Shown here one piece after another: positions 37,637 through 46,558 of a stretch of DNA of 57,097 nt. The stretch is from the NCBI GenBank assembly GCA_038893995.1, contig JAWAQK010000008.1:1-57097 (forward strand), read 5' to 3'. A program made the position numbers and the translations under genes. Position 1 is the first letter of the stretch; every line of letters begins with the position of its first letter. This DNA comes from Candidatus Thorarchaeota archaeon (GTDB lineage Archaea > Asgardarchaeota > Thorarchaeia > Thorarchaeales > Thorarchaeaceae). The notes beneath the pieces are model-generated. The model was not told the origin of the DNA. It saw nothing but the letters and a program-made list of their open reading frames with translations, and searched no databases.

Positions 37637-37909
37637 GTGGTGAGCGCCTCATTGAAACTGTTCTACAGAGTTGACCCTGCAGAGTACCCAGACCTGATGA
37701 GACGAATCAGGGACAAGTTCGGGCTGCACGAGGATATCGATGAAGAGAAGACCATGTTGAACAAGGAGGACCAGTCCCAGATTGAGACAGTAGTGGGTTC
37801 ATACGATCCGACCACGGACAATACTGCTCAGGTGCGCGTCGTACTGAATGACCCGAGTCTCAGAGAAGAGTTCGATGCCATATTGGGAGAACCCTATTTG
37901 ATAAAGTAG
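37637..37909 (+). CDS. Small acidic hypothetical protein
   Basis: 90-aa ORF with protein-like composition, divergent from the PLD gene. Confidence 0.65.
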   Translation: MVSASLKLFYRVDPAEYPDLMRRIRDKFGLHEDIDEEKTMLNKEDQSQIETVVGSYDPTTDNTAQVRVVLNDPSLREEFDAILGEPYLIK

Positions 37910-37911
37910 TA

Positions 37912-37960
37912 TTGCACCAACAGCAGTTACCCGATTGCAAATATGGGTAAGTGTTGGCAA
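37912..37960. terminator. Imperfect inverted repeat between convergent genes (possible terminator or RNA-stability hairpin)
   Basis: ttgc-a-ccaaca...ttaccc / gggtaa...tgttgg-caa pairing immediately after the stop at 37909. Confidence 0.35.
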
Positions 37961-38033
37961 GGGCTGTAGATGACGAAACAGTGGGGCCCTGCACAACACT
38001 CCCGGGGCTGCCAGTATGGACTGCGGATCTCTA

Positions 38034-38216
38034 CTATTCAGAGATTGCGCCTTCTGGGCAGCTGTCGACGCATGCGTAGCATTCTGTGCACTCGTCAGCA
38101 CGGTCAACCTGGTACTGTGCCTTGTCCTTGACCACGTAAAGAGATGGTTCAACAGGACATACTTCAGCACAGGTTCCGCAGGCGGTACACTTCTTCGGAT
38201 CTACCTTCCATATCAT
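38034..38216 (-). CDS. 2x[4Fe-4S] ferredoxin
   Basis: CTACGTCAEVCP and CTECYACVDSCP. Confidence 0.92.
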   Translation of the reverse strand: MIWKVDPKKCTACGTCAEVCPVEPSLYVVKDKAQYQVDRADECTECYACVDSCPEGAISE

Positions 38217-38384
38217 GTCCAGTCACATTCCTGTCGGGTCATGTGCCCGACTGGGTAAAGCCCAGAAGGGGATTATTTAAACTGTAGGGTCACGCCCTGA
38301 CGAAGGTAAGCTTCAAGAGCGATACCGAGCGGGCACCAGTATCTGTGTCAAGAACGGCCACAGACTCGAGTGGTGTGCCTCTAT

Positions 38385-40298
38385 ATGACGCATAACGAGT
38401 CGACCCAGAACACCTCCAGAGTGTCGTTGAAACGAGACATAGGCTGGTTCGGGTCGTTTGCGATGGGCTATGCAGATGTAGGTGCAGACATCTACGTCGC
38501 ACTTGGTCTAGTGGCAGCCTATGCAGCAGGGTGGGCCCCGTTCGCATTCATGGTGGCAGCAATCACCTATGTCGCGACAGGACTTGCCTACGCAGAGCTG
38601 GCATCAGCCTATCCCTACGCGGGTGGGGCTCAGGTCTATGCCATGAAGGCGTTCAACGACTTTGCAGGCTTCCTGGCGGGCTGGCTCGTGATGCTGGACT
38701 ATACAGTCTGCATAGCGCTGTTCTCAATAGCTACAGTGGGATATCTGACATTCTTCATGCCCTGGCTGACAGAATTCGGTCTGGTTGTTACCATCTTGGG
38801 GATGGGCCTCGAGATTAATGGCATGGGAATCGCTGCGTTTCTTGTGGTCGTGGCGTTGATACTCGTGAACATAGTGGGCATACGTGAGTCATCGACGCTC
38901 AACTCTGTCATGGTGACAATCAACGTCCTTGTGCTGTCTGTGATCATGACCCTGGGAGTCATACTGGCGTTCAATCTCGGGCTCTTCTCGGCCCAGATCG
39001 TGGTCAGAGGATCCCCAGTAGAGTGGAGTCATATTGACTATATCTGGAACGGCAATATTCCAGACCAGAACTTCCTTTACGCAGTAACTCTCGCTATGAG
39101 TTCGTTCATCGGCATTGAGTCGATAGCACAGGCTGCGGAGGAGACAAAGAGGCCGGGGCGCACAATTCCAAGGGCCACTAAATTGTCCGTTCTTGCGGTG
39201 CTCGTATTCGCAGTCGGACTCTCAACAATCAGTCTCGGGATTGTCGAATGGGAGGTCTTAGCCAGTAGCAATGGTGCGCCCATCTCGGTCCTCGCGGCGG
39301 GAATATCAGTAATCGGCTCATACCTTCTTCCCGTGGTGTCGTTGACCGGGTTTGCAATCTGCCTGGTGTCCTCCAATACCGGAGTGATAGGCGTCTCAAG
39401 GGTCGTATTCTCAATGAGCCAGCACGGTCTTGTGCCGGGATGGTTTGCAAAGGTGAACTCATCGACCAGGACACCAGTCAGGAGTATAGTGGTGTTCGGA
39501 CTGATAGGAGCGACAATGGCACTCGTTGGCAATCTTGACTGGGTGGCGGACCTGTACAACTTCGGTGCACTCCTATCCTACCTGATGGTCAATGTCTCCC
39601 TCATTGTGCTTCGACACACGGATCGCGACTCTCACAGGGCATGGAGGGTCCCCTACAACCTGAGGATAAGGATAGGGTCCAGAGAGATCGAGATACCTGC
39701 GCCTGCGTTAGTTGGAGTAGTCGCATGTGCCTCGATATGGACACTGGTGATACTGTTTCATCCGATGGGACGCATCCTGGGAATCGCCTGGACTCTGGCG
39801 GGAGTACTCGTCTACACGACGTTCAGGATATCCGCGGGTAGAGCCCTGTTTTCAAAAGAGGGGGGTCGGTCCATCGAACCCCTCGCATACAAGCTAAACG
39901 CACTTGTCCTGGTCCGTGTTGAGGAGTCGGAGAGCATCATTGAATCGCTCGTGAAGAACATCGACCGGCGCTTCCGACTTGAGCTGGTGTACATCGTCCG
40001 AACAGATGACACTGTTCTTCCGCTGGCAGCAGTAGGGTCTGAAATTGGAAATGCTGAAACCACTCTGAGGTCGATGAGCAAGGCGCTCGCAGCAGCTGGC
40101 TATGAGTCCAAGTACAGAGTCGAGGTGGGTCCATTCGTCGAAACAGTGAAGAAGATCATTGTTTCTCCAGAGGTGGACTTCGTGATACTGCCCCGGAGGA
40201 GCGCATTTAAGAAGGGGTTCAAGAAGCCAATCACAGAGGATCTTGCAGTGCTCATATCATCGGTTGCACGTGGCAAGTTGATGGTGGTACGCAAGTAG
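38385..40298 (+). CDS. APC-family amino acid permease with C-terminal USP-like domain
   Basis: LKRDIG, GADIY, YAELASAYP.AGG, FIGIESI...EE, SRVVFSMS; ~130-aa soluble alpha/beta tail. Confidence 0.88.
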   Translation: MTHNESTQNTSRVSLKRDIGWFGSFAMGYADVGADIYVALGLVAAYAAGWAPFAFMVAAITYVATGLAYAELASAYPYAGGAQVYAMKAFNDFAGFLAGWLVMLDYTVCIALFSIATVGYLTFFMPWLTEFGLVVTILGMGLEINGMGIAAFLVVVALILVNIVGIRESSTLNSVMVTINVLVLSVIMTLGVILAFNLGLFSAQIVVRGSPVEWSHIDYIWNGNIPDQNFLYAVTLAMSSFIGIESIAQAAEETKRPGRTIPRATKLSVLAVLVFAVGLSTISLGIVEWEVLASSNGAPISVLAAGISVIGSYLLPVVSLTGFAICLVSSNTGVIGVSRVVFSMSQHGLVPGWFAKVNSSTRTPVRSIVVFGLIGATMALVGNLDWVADLYNFGALLSYLMVNVSLIVLRHTDRDSHRAWRVPYNLRIRIGSREIEIPAPALVGVVACASIWTLVILFHPMGRILGIAWTLAGVLVYTTFRISAGRALFSKEGGRSIEPLAYKLNALVLVRVEESESIIESLVKNIDRRFRLELVYIVRTDDTVLPLAAVGSEIGNAETTLRSMSKALAAAGYESKYRVEVGPFVETVKKIIVSPEVDFVILPRRSAFKKGFKKPITEDLAVLISSVARGKLMVVRK

Positions 40299-40570
40299 TG
40301 GCACAGATCAGAGTGATACTGCAGATATATGTCGAGTCCAAGGACCTCGACCGGGTCTCAAAAGCACTATGCGAGATCGATAGCGTCAGGGACGTTTATG
40401 AAGTGACAGGCGAGGCAGACCTAATCATTGTCGTTGAAACCCCTGACGTGAATGCGTTCAGAGATGTACTGAAGAACGAGATCATGATGGTCGAGGGCAT
40501 CAGGAGCACCGTGTCCAGCGTTGTCACCTACGTTCACAAGAAGGATGGAAGATTGACTGCAGAGGCGTAG
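40298..40570 (+). CDS. Stand-alone Lrp/AsnC ligand-binding (RAM) domain
   Basis: VYEVTGEADLII, GIRST; no HTH. Confidence 0.85.
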   Translation: MAQIRVILQIYVESKDLDRVSKALCEIDSVRDVYEVTGEADLIIVVETPDVNAFRDVLKNEIMMVEGIRSTVSSVVTYVHKKDGRLTAEA

Positions 40571-40580
40571 AGCACAGGTC

Positions 40581-41015
40581 ATGAATGAGACAAGGTTGAG
40601 GAGTCGAGTCTTGATGCCGGTGTCAGGTGACATCGGCCACGAGAGGATGAAGCAGGCGCTTCTGCATCTGATGGCATTCCATTCGCCATATGTCACAGTG
40701 TTCCATGTTGTTGAGACCCCCATTGTCACACCTCTGGACGCAGAAGGCCTTGACGAGACCATTCAGGAGGCCAAGAGGAAGAATGTAGATCCTCTTGCAG
40801 ACTGGTTGAGGAACAGTGGCTACCAAGTCGAGACACGGATTGCAGTCGCAAGAAATGTGGTCGATGCGATAGTAGAGGAAGTCAACGAGGGAGACTACGC
40901 ATTCGTATTCATGTTCAAGCGTCGAAAGAAGAAACTCCGTCAACGACTCACTGGAAGTGTGACCGACCGAGTAATCAGGAGGGTTGACCGACCGGTCGTG
41001 ACCATACTCATATGA
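40581..41015 (+). CDS. Universal stress protein
   Basis: RVLMPVS, FHVV, DAIVEE, GSVTDRVIRRVDRPVV. Confidence 0.85.
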   Translation: MNETRLRSRVLMPVSGDIGHERMKQALLHLMAFHSPYVTVFHVVETPIVTPLDAEGLDETIQEAKRKNVDPLADWLRNSGYQVETRIAVARNVVDAIVEEVNEGDYAFVFMFKRRKKKLRQRLTGSVTDRVIRRVDRPVVTILI

Positions 41016-41028
41016 GGTGATGTGAAGA

Positions 41029-41469
41029 TTGATGCATGAACCCACGCCTAGCACGAGAGTCCTCATACCGATGTCAGAGGAGTTTGCGAAATCTGAGATG
41101 GTCGAGGGACTGCTGCCGCTTCTCAAGTTCCATGCGTCCAACCTAGTACTCTTTCGTGTGGTGAGGGTCCCAGGAGATGACGCCGAGCGCGACAGAGAAA
41201 CGCAGAATCACATTGAGAGAGCCAGACAGGAGATCGAGACAATGGGCGCGTGGCTGAGAGAGCAAGGATATCGTGTTGAGACACGGGTCGTGGCATCACA
41301 AGATGTTCCTGGTGCAATCATCCGGGAGGCCATGGTGCCAGGATACACACTGGTTCTCCTGATTAGACGTAGAAGAAAGAAGGGAATCCTGTCTTGGTTC
41401 AGTCGATCTGGCATGACCAATCGTATAGTCAGCAATGTCGAGATACCCGTAGTATCGGTAACTGTATGA
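41029..41469 (+). CDS. Universal stress protein (second paralog)
   Basis: RVLIPMS, FRVV, GYRVETRV, AIIRE, TNRIV..VEIPVV. Confidence 0.82.
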   Translation: MMHEPTPSTRVLIPMSEEFAKSEMVEGLLPLLKFHASNLVLFRVVRVPGDDAERDRETQNHIERARQEIETMGAWLREQGYRVETRVVASQDVPGAIIREAMVPGYTLVLLIRRRRKKGILSWFSRSGMTNRIVSNVEIPVVSVTV

Positions 41470-41505
41470 GTTCACACGAGAGTCAGATACGAGAGCCCTA
41501 CAGTA

Positions 41506-43350
41506 TCACGGCCCAGTCATATCTCTATCATCGGAGAGGGTGCTGGAGGAGTGTTGGTCCAACCAGGCCTTGAGGGCCCTGGCAAGCTCCTCAGTCATTC
41601 CCTCGACACCTGCTAGCTCGTGAATAGTAGCCTCTCTCATTCGGTCTAGGCTGCCAAACTTCTCCAGTAGCTTTTTGCTTCGCACTGGTCCTATGCCGGT
41701 CACATCCTCGAGAGCGGACCTTGACAATCTCTTTTCACGAAGTCTGTGATGATATCGCTGGGCGAACCGGTGGGCCTCATCGCGTATCCTCTGCATGAGG
41801 TGTAGGGCTGGTGACCCATCGGGCAACTTCAGACCATCTGAGATGCCCTGCATGAAGACTGTCTCTTCTCTCTTGGCGAGGGCTGCTACTGGTACATAGT
41901 CGATCCCCAGTTCCGAGAGGGCCTGCTGAGCCGCACTGAGTTGACCCTTCCCACCGTCCACGACAATCAGGTCGGGAAGGGGTTCATTTCTTTCGACAAC
42001 GCCTCTGTATCGCCTATACACGACCTCTTTCATCATTGCATAATCGTCGGGAGTGGCCTTCGTCTTCACCCTGAACATCCTGTAGTCTGTCCGTGACGGC
42101 TGGCCGTTCTTGAATACCACGCATGAACCGGCCGAATCTGTACCTTGAATGTTGGCGACATCAAAGCACTCCATGTGGGTAGGTAGCCTAGAGAGCCCCA
42201 AGACCTTCATCAGATCCTTCACACCCCCATCGACTACATCGTCTCGGCTCTCACCGAGTATCAGGATCTTCTTCAGCGAACGGGATGCATTGGCCCCGGC
42301 CATCGCTATCAGATCCTTGCCTCGACCCTCGGTAGGAACATACACCCGGATATGATGGTCACTATCCTGGTTCAACCACTGGTCAAGGTCATTCAGTGAC
42401 GCAATCGGTAGAGGAAGAAGGATCTCATCGGGGTGGACCGGCAGCAGAAAGTAATACTGTTCGACAAACGCAGTCAGTATTTCTTCGTCGGCCACATCGA
42501 GTTCCGCGTCGAATAGGAAATGTTCAGAACTCACTAGCTGACCGCCTCGGATGACCAGTAGCTCGACAAGTGCAACGTGTTCTGAGCGTGCAATGCCTAT
42601 CGAATCGATATTGCCACCTTCGGTCAGGATCACCCGTTGTCGGGAGGACATACGTTTCAGGTCCGTCAGTCTGTCACGAAGTGTGGCAGCCAGCTCAAAC
42701 TCGAGGGCACGAGCGGCTGCCTCCATCTGATGGGTGAGCATCTCAATAAGTTGCCCCTCTTGGCCCCCAAGATAGAGACAGAGCTGGTCGACCAGTCTGT
42801 TGTATTCGTCCGGCCCAATGTGGCCCTTGCATGGACCCGAGCAGCGACCGATATGATATTGGATGCATTCTCGTCTCACAGACTCTGGACGAGAACACGA
42901 GGCCACTGGAATAAACCTCCTGACCGAATCGAGGAGCCTCTCGACGCGTCTGGTGCTCCCGTAGGGTCCGAAGTAGATGGCTCCATCCTTGGTCGCGTCG
43001 CGAGTCACCTCAACCACCGGTATGGAGCGCGACCTGTCAATACGTATCCAGGCATGTCTGTGGTCACTCTTGAGTGCAAGGTTGTACTTGGGCTGATACT
43101 TCTTTATCAGCGCCATCTCAAGTAGCAATGCCTCTCTCTCCGTATTGGTTATTATCGTCTCAAGGTCAGCAGCCCTCTGCATCAGCTCCCATGTCTTGCG
43201 GTCTGGCAGCCTCCGCGAGATGTACGACTGGACCCTCTTTCTCAGCGACTTTGCCTTGCCCACATAGATTACTTCGCCAGAGGCATCCTTCCAGAGATAC
43301 ACTCCTGGAGCCTCTGGAAGAGTATTTACCAGATCTCTTATCACGGACAT
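41506..43350 (-). CDS. uvrC: Excinuclease ABC subunit C
   Basis: LPEAPGVY, IYVGKAKSLR (GIY-YIG), ECFD, PDLIVVDGGKGQ, RDEAHRFA, HhH GIGP. Confidence 0.95.
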   Translation of the reverse strand: MSVIRDLVNTLPEAPGVYLWKDASGEVIYVGKAKSLRKRVQSYISRRLPDRKTWELMQRAADLETIITNTEREALLLEMALIKKYQPKYNLALKSDHRHAWIRIDRSRSIPVVEVTRDATKDGAIYFGPYGSTRRVERLLDSVRRFIPVASCSRPESVRRECIQYHIGRCSGPCKGHIGPDEYNRLVDQLCLYLGGQEGQLIEMLTHQMEAAARALEFELAATLRDRLTDLKRMSSRQRVILTEGGNIDSIGIARSEHVALVELLVIRGGQLVSSEHFLFDAELDVADEEILTAFVEQYYFLLPVHPDEILLPLPIASLNDLDQWLNQDSDHHIRVYVPTEGRGKDLIAMAGANASRSLKKILILGESRDDVVDGGVKDLMKVLGLSRLPTHMECFDVANIQGTDSAGSCVVFKNGQPSRTDYRMFRVKTKATPDDYAMMKEVVYRRYRGVVERNEPLPDLIVVDGGKGQLSAAQQALSELGIDYVPVAALAKREETVFMQGISDGLKLPDGSPALHLMQRIRDEAHRFAQRYHHRLREKRLSRSALEDVTGIGPVRSKKLLEKFGSLDRMREATIHELAGVEGMTEELARALKAWLDQHSSSTLSDDRDMTGP

Positions 43351-43681
43351 CGTGAACACCAACCAGACCTGACTCCGCCACACGAAGAGGGACCTACGGA
43401 TCGCGGGAGCGACGGGTATAGACTACGTCTCGACTGGAGTCTGACAGAGTGGGGGACTAGGCCAGCCCCATCAAGACCCGTTCGAGCACTGTCGCATGAG
43501 TATGGATGAGACCGCACATATGTCCTTGGATATGTCGTCGACCAGAGGTGAGAGTCCATCAGCCGGACCATATAGTCTTTCACCAGTCCCCAGGACGTAC
43601 CTGCCAGAGTGCCATGCAGCAACACACCCGTCATCATCCCATGATGCCCTCCACGCCCATGAGGCCATCCCTCGGCAGAGC

Positions 43682-46558
43682 CTACTGGCTCGATGCCTTG
43701 GTGATGAGTATATGATTCTCCGCTGAGATCGGCTGGGGCAAGACGCCCCGCAGATACTGGCCGGTGTAGGACTCTGGCACATTGAGCAGGTCCTCAGGTG
43801 TGCCTGCTGCAATTACTCTCCCTCCGGCCTCTCCCCCCTCAGGGCCAAGATCTATCACCCAGTCTGCTGTCTTGATGACCTCCAGATTATGCTCGATAAC
43901 GACTACCGTGTTACCAGCATCCACGAGGCGATTCAGTACATTCAGCAGCAGATGAACATCTGATGCAGACAGACCTGTCGTAGGCTCGTCGAGAATGTAG
44001 AGAGTCTTCCCCGTAGACCGTCTTGCTAGCTCAGCCGCGAGTTTCACCCTCTGTGCCTCGCCGCCACTGAGTGTTGTCGCAGGCTGCCCGAGCTCAATGT
44101 ATCCCAGTCCGACGTCCACCAGAGTCGAGAGTATCTGCTGAATCTGTGGAATGTCTCTGAAGAACTCGAGCGCATCGGAGATCTCCATCGACAGGACCTC
44201 TGTGATGTTCTTGCCCTTGTACTTCACCTCCAGGGTCTCGCGATCGAACCTCTTTCCACCGCAGACATCGCACTTGACGTAGACATCGCTCATGAAATGC
44301 ATCTCCACTCTGAGTAGGCCACTGCCCTTGCACTTCTCGCAACGACCCGCCCGTGTATTGAAGCTGAATCTGGAGGGGTCGTAACCCCGTGCCTTCGCCT
44401 CGGGCATCTGCGCAAACAGCTCTCGAATGTGTGTAAAGACCCCTGTATAGGTTGCTGGATTTGACCTGGGGGTACGTCCTATGGGCGACTGGTCCACCAG
44501 GACGACGCGGTCTAGGTTCTCAATCCCCTCAATCAGTTCGTGGGCGCCAGGTGGGGGCACTGAGAGACCCAGACGACGTGCGACTGCCCGATACAGTGTC
44601 TCGTTCACCAGTGTGGACTTGCCACTACCCGACACACCAGTGACACATACCAACTTGCCGAGAGGTATCTCCACAGTGATGTTCTTCAGGTTGTTCTGTC
44701 TGCAGCCTACTAATCGCAGACTGCCTCCGTTCCCGGACCTCCGTCCAGATGGCACGGGAATCACTCTCGCGCCGGCGAGATACTGTGCTGTCAGTGAGCG
44801 AGGATGGGCCAGCACCTCATTGGGAGGCCCGCAGGCCATCAGCATTCCTCCACGGCTTCCCGCGCCAGGGCCCAGGTCGATGACAAAGTCGGCCGCTCGG
44901 ATAGTATCTCGGTCATGTTCCACGACAAGCACGGTATTTCCCCTGGATCTCAACTCCAGCAGCGTCCTGAGCAGACGACCAATGTCTCGGGGATGAAGTC
45001 CAATGGTCGGCTCGTCAAGACAGTAGAGGACTCCAGTCAGGGCAGACCCTATCTGCGTGGCCAATCGGATCCGCTGTGCCTCACCCCCGCTCAGCGTCGA
45101 CGAACTTCGGTCGAGCGTCAGATAGTCGAGCCCGACCGACACTATGAACCGCAGACGAGACACGATCTCCTTGATGATTAGGGCCGCGATCTTGCGTTCC
45201 CTCTCTGTGAGTTCGATGTTGGTGAAGAAGTCAAGAGCCTCTCTGATGGTCATGGCAGACACCCGGTCGATAGTGACCCCTCCGACTGTCACGCTGAGCG
45301 CCTCCGGTCTCAGACGTCTTCCTCCGCAGGCGGGACAGGTGGTGGAGTTCGTGAACCGGTCTATGATCTCATCCTGATCGTCAGTCATGTCACTGGTGAA
45401 GGATGTCTTCAGTCTGGGGATCAGGCCCTCCCAGTTGCGATGGACTCTAGTTGTTCGTACACGTCCGTGAGAGTCCACGCTCTCCATGTCAAACTGAACT
45501 CTCACTCGCGGGCGACCCCAGAGTATGAGTTCTCTTGCGTCATGTGAGAGTTCACGCCAGGGAGTGTCCAGGGAAAAGCCACCGATGTCTGCCAGCGATG
45601 CAAGTAGGCACATCTGCCAGGACCTGGGACTCTTTGGCCACGGTGCAAGGGCCCCCTCCCTTAGGCTGAGGTCCGGGTCCGGAACCACGAGGTCCGGGTC
45701 GATCTCGTAGATGACGCCGAGGCCTCCACAGGTCGGGCATGCTCCAGCAGGAGTGTTGTATGAGAACGACTTGGCACTGAGCTTATCGTAGGTGACTCCA
45801 CAGATGGGACACAGCAGCTTCTCTGCGAGAGTGATATCAGGACGTCCCTCGGATGCCGCGATGGCCATGCCCTGACCCACCTCAAGTGCGGTCTCGATTG
45901 AACCAATGACTCTCTCCCTCTCTCCCTGGCTGAGGTTGACCCTGTCGACCACCACCTCAATGGTGTGTTTCTTCGTCCTGTCTAGTGACACCTCCTCAAT
46001 GTCATGTACCTGACCATCAACCCGTACCCTTGCGAAACCACTCTGCATGAGCCCTCTCAGCACGTCTGCGTGATCACCGACCTCCTCCCTCACGACCGGA
46101 GCGAGTATCATCACCGGACCATCCCCGTTTGACTCGAGCAACAGTCTGGCTGCAGAGTCGGGCGTGAGTTGTTCCATAGGTCGACCACATCTGATGCAAT
46201 GAGGTATTCCTATACTGGAGTACAGGATGCGCAGGTAGTCGTGAATCTCGGTGCTCGTGGCGACTGTGCTTCTGGGATTGTGCATTCCAGTCTTCTGCTC
46301 CACAGATATGGCGGGGGGTAGACCCGTGATACTCTCTACCTTGGGCCTATCCAATCGCCCGAGGAACCTGCGCGCATAGGACGACAGAGACTCGACATAT
46401 CGCCGTTGGCCCTCAGCGAAGATCGTGTCGAAGACAAGTGTGGACTTCCCAGATCCGCTTGGGCCTGTGACTACCACCAGAGAGTTTCTAGGCACGTCGA
46501 CTGAGAGAGCCTTCAGGTTATGTTCTGATGCTCCCCTGACAGAGATGTACTCCGTCAC
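43682..46558 (-). CDS. uvrA: Excinuclease ABC subunit A, second paralog
   Basis: Two ABC modules ([24 protein letters not shown] x2), Zn fingers, EGQRRYVESLS. Confidence 0.95.
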   Translation of the reverse strand: MTEYISVRGASEHNLKALSVDVPRNSLVVVTGPSGSGKSTLVFDTIFAEGQRRYVESLSSYARRFLGRLDRPKVESITGLPPAISVEQKTGMHNPRSTVATSTEIHDYLRILYSSIGIPHCIRCGRPMEQLTPDSAARLLLESNGDGPVMILAPVVREEVGDHADVLRGLMQSGFARVRVDGQVHDIEEVSLDRTKKHTIEVVVDRVNLSQGERERVIGSIETALEVGQGMAIAASEGRPDITLAEKLLCPICGVTYDKLSAKSFSYNTPAGACPTCGGLGVIYEIDPDLVVPDPDLSLREGALAPWPKSPRSWQMCLLASLADIGGFSLDTPWRELSHDARELILWGRPRVRVQFDMESVDSHGRVRTTRVHRNWEGLIPRLKTSFTSDMTDDQDEIIDRFTNSTTCPACGGRRLRPEALSVTVGGVTIDRVSAMTIREALDFFTNIELTERERKIAALIIKEIVSRLRFIVSVGLDYLTLDRSSSTLSGGEAQRIRLATQIGSALTGVLYCLDEPTIGLHPRDIGRLLRTLLELRSRGNTVLVVEHDRDTIRAADFVIDLGPGAGSRGGMLMACGPPNEVLAHPRSLTAQYLAGARVIPVPSGRRSGNGGSLRLVGCRQNNLKNITVEIPLGKLVCVTGVSGSGKSTLVNETLYRAVARRLGLSVPPPGAHELIEGIENLDRVVLVDQSPIGRTPRSNPATYTGVFTHIRELFAQMPEAKARGYDPSRFSFNTRAGRCEKCKGSGLLRVEMHFMSDVYVKCDVCGGKRFDRETLEVKYKGKNITEVLSMEISDALEFFRDIPQIQQILSTLVDVGLGYIELGQPATTLSGGEAQRVKLAAELARRSTGKTLYILDEPTTGLSASDVHLLLNVLNRLVDAGNTVVVIEHNLEVIKTADWVIDLGPEGGEAGGRVIAAGTPEDLLNVPESYTGQYLRGVLPQPISAENHILITKASSQ

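Noticed and set aside
37912-38034. SECIS element / selenoprotein
   Set aside because: No AUGA/GA core in the hairpin, and I noticed no in-frame UGA at a Cys-equivalent position in the nearby redox genes
43351-43681. Small ORFs or RNA in the 330-bp uvrA-uvrC gap
   Set aside because: Several short overlapping ORFs without motifs and no convincing stems; cannot support a call
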